DNA of 64,000 bases from Vicugna vicugna (Eukaryota): positions 1-64,000 of the forward strand of contig MU058387.1 in assembly GCA_013265495.1 (NCBI GenBank), given 5' to 3'. This document shows positions 63,733-64,000 of the stretch, piece after piece. The translations under genes were made by a program, and so were the position numbers. The notes beneath the pieces are model-generated. The model did no database searches. It was not told the origin of the DNA and was given only the letters and a program-made list of their open reading frames with translations. How positions within the stretch are numbered: position 1 is the first letter of the stretch; each line of letters opens with the position of its first letter.

Positions 63733-64000
63733 CTGGAAAGACTTGGGCTGCAAGTAATAGATAATCAAATTCAAAGTTTTTTAAAGAAAAGGGACTGTTT
63801 TCATTTATTTAATGGAAATTCCAGAGGTGGGGCAGACTTCACAGTTTATCTTTTTTCGGCAGTCCTCTGGGCTTCTGGTTAAACCGATGTTCGTTTCTTC
63901 CTCAGGCAAAATAGCTGTAACAATTCTGAGACTCCATCTTTGCAAAAAAGAAACAAGAGGAAAAGAGATCATCCCAAAATATGGCTCTCTCACATAAAGG
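63733..64000 (-). mobile_element. Old MaLR LTR (MLT1J/K-like), running off the window end
   Basis: GGCTGCAAGTAATAGA...AAGTTTTTTAAAGAAAAGG...TCCAGAGGTGGGGCAGACTTCA. Confidence 0.55.

Noticed and set aside
1..64000. A novel multi-gene biological system
   Set aside because: No intact coding genes, operon-like structure or non-transposon enzyme remnants were visible; the window is mammalian non-coding DNA

Overview
AT-rich mammalian genomic DNA, almost certainly from a camelid (alpaca, llama or camel). Two copies of the tRNA-Ala-derived Vic-1-type SINE occur at 2794-2954 and 62692-62750, and there are several lineage-type L1 ends. I found no credible protein-coding gene, RNA gene, CRISPR array or prokaryote-style system. 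The ORF track is explained by decayed L1/L2/LTR sequence, microsatellites or chance. Much of the window is a layered transposon fossil record (L1, L2, MIR, MLT1/MLT2 LTRs, an ERV-L 5' remnant, MER20, MER5, Tigger), several with readable target-site duplications. The rest is unique sequence that looks like a very large intron or a gene desert. The best leads are a candidate 15-nt frame-preserving microexon on the minus strand (51556-51570) and several repeat-free islands with clustered transcription-factor, CTCF, G4 or palindrome motifs. Repeat families were recognised by eye, so subfamily names and most boundaries are approximate.
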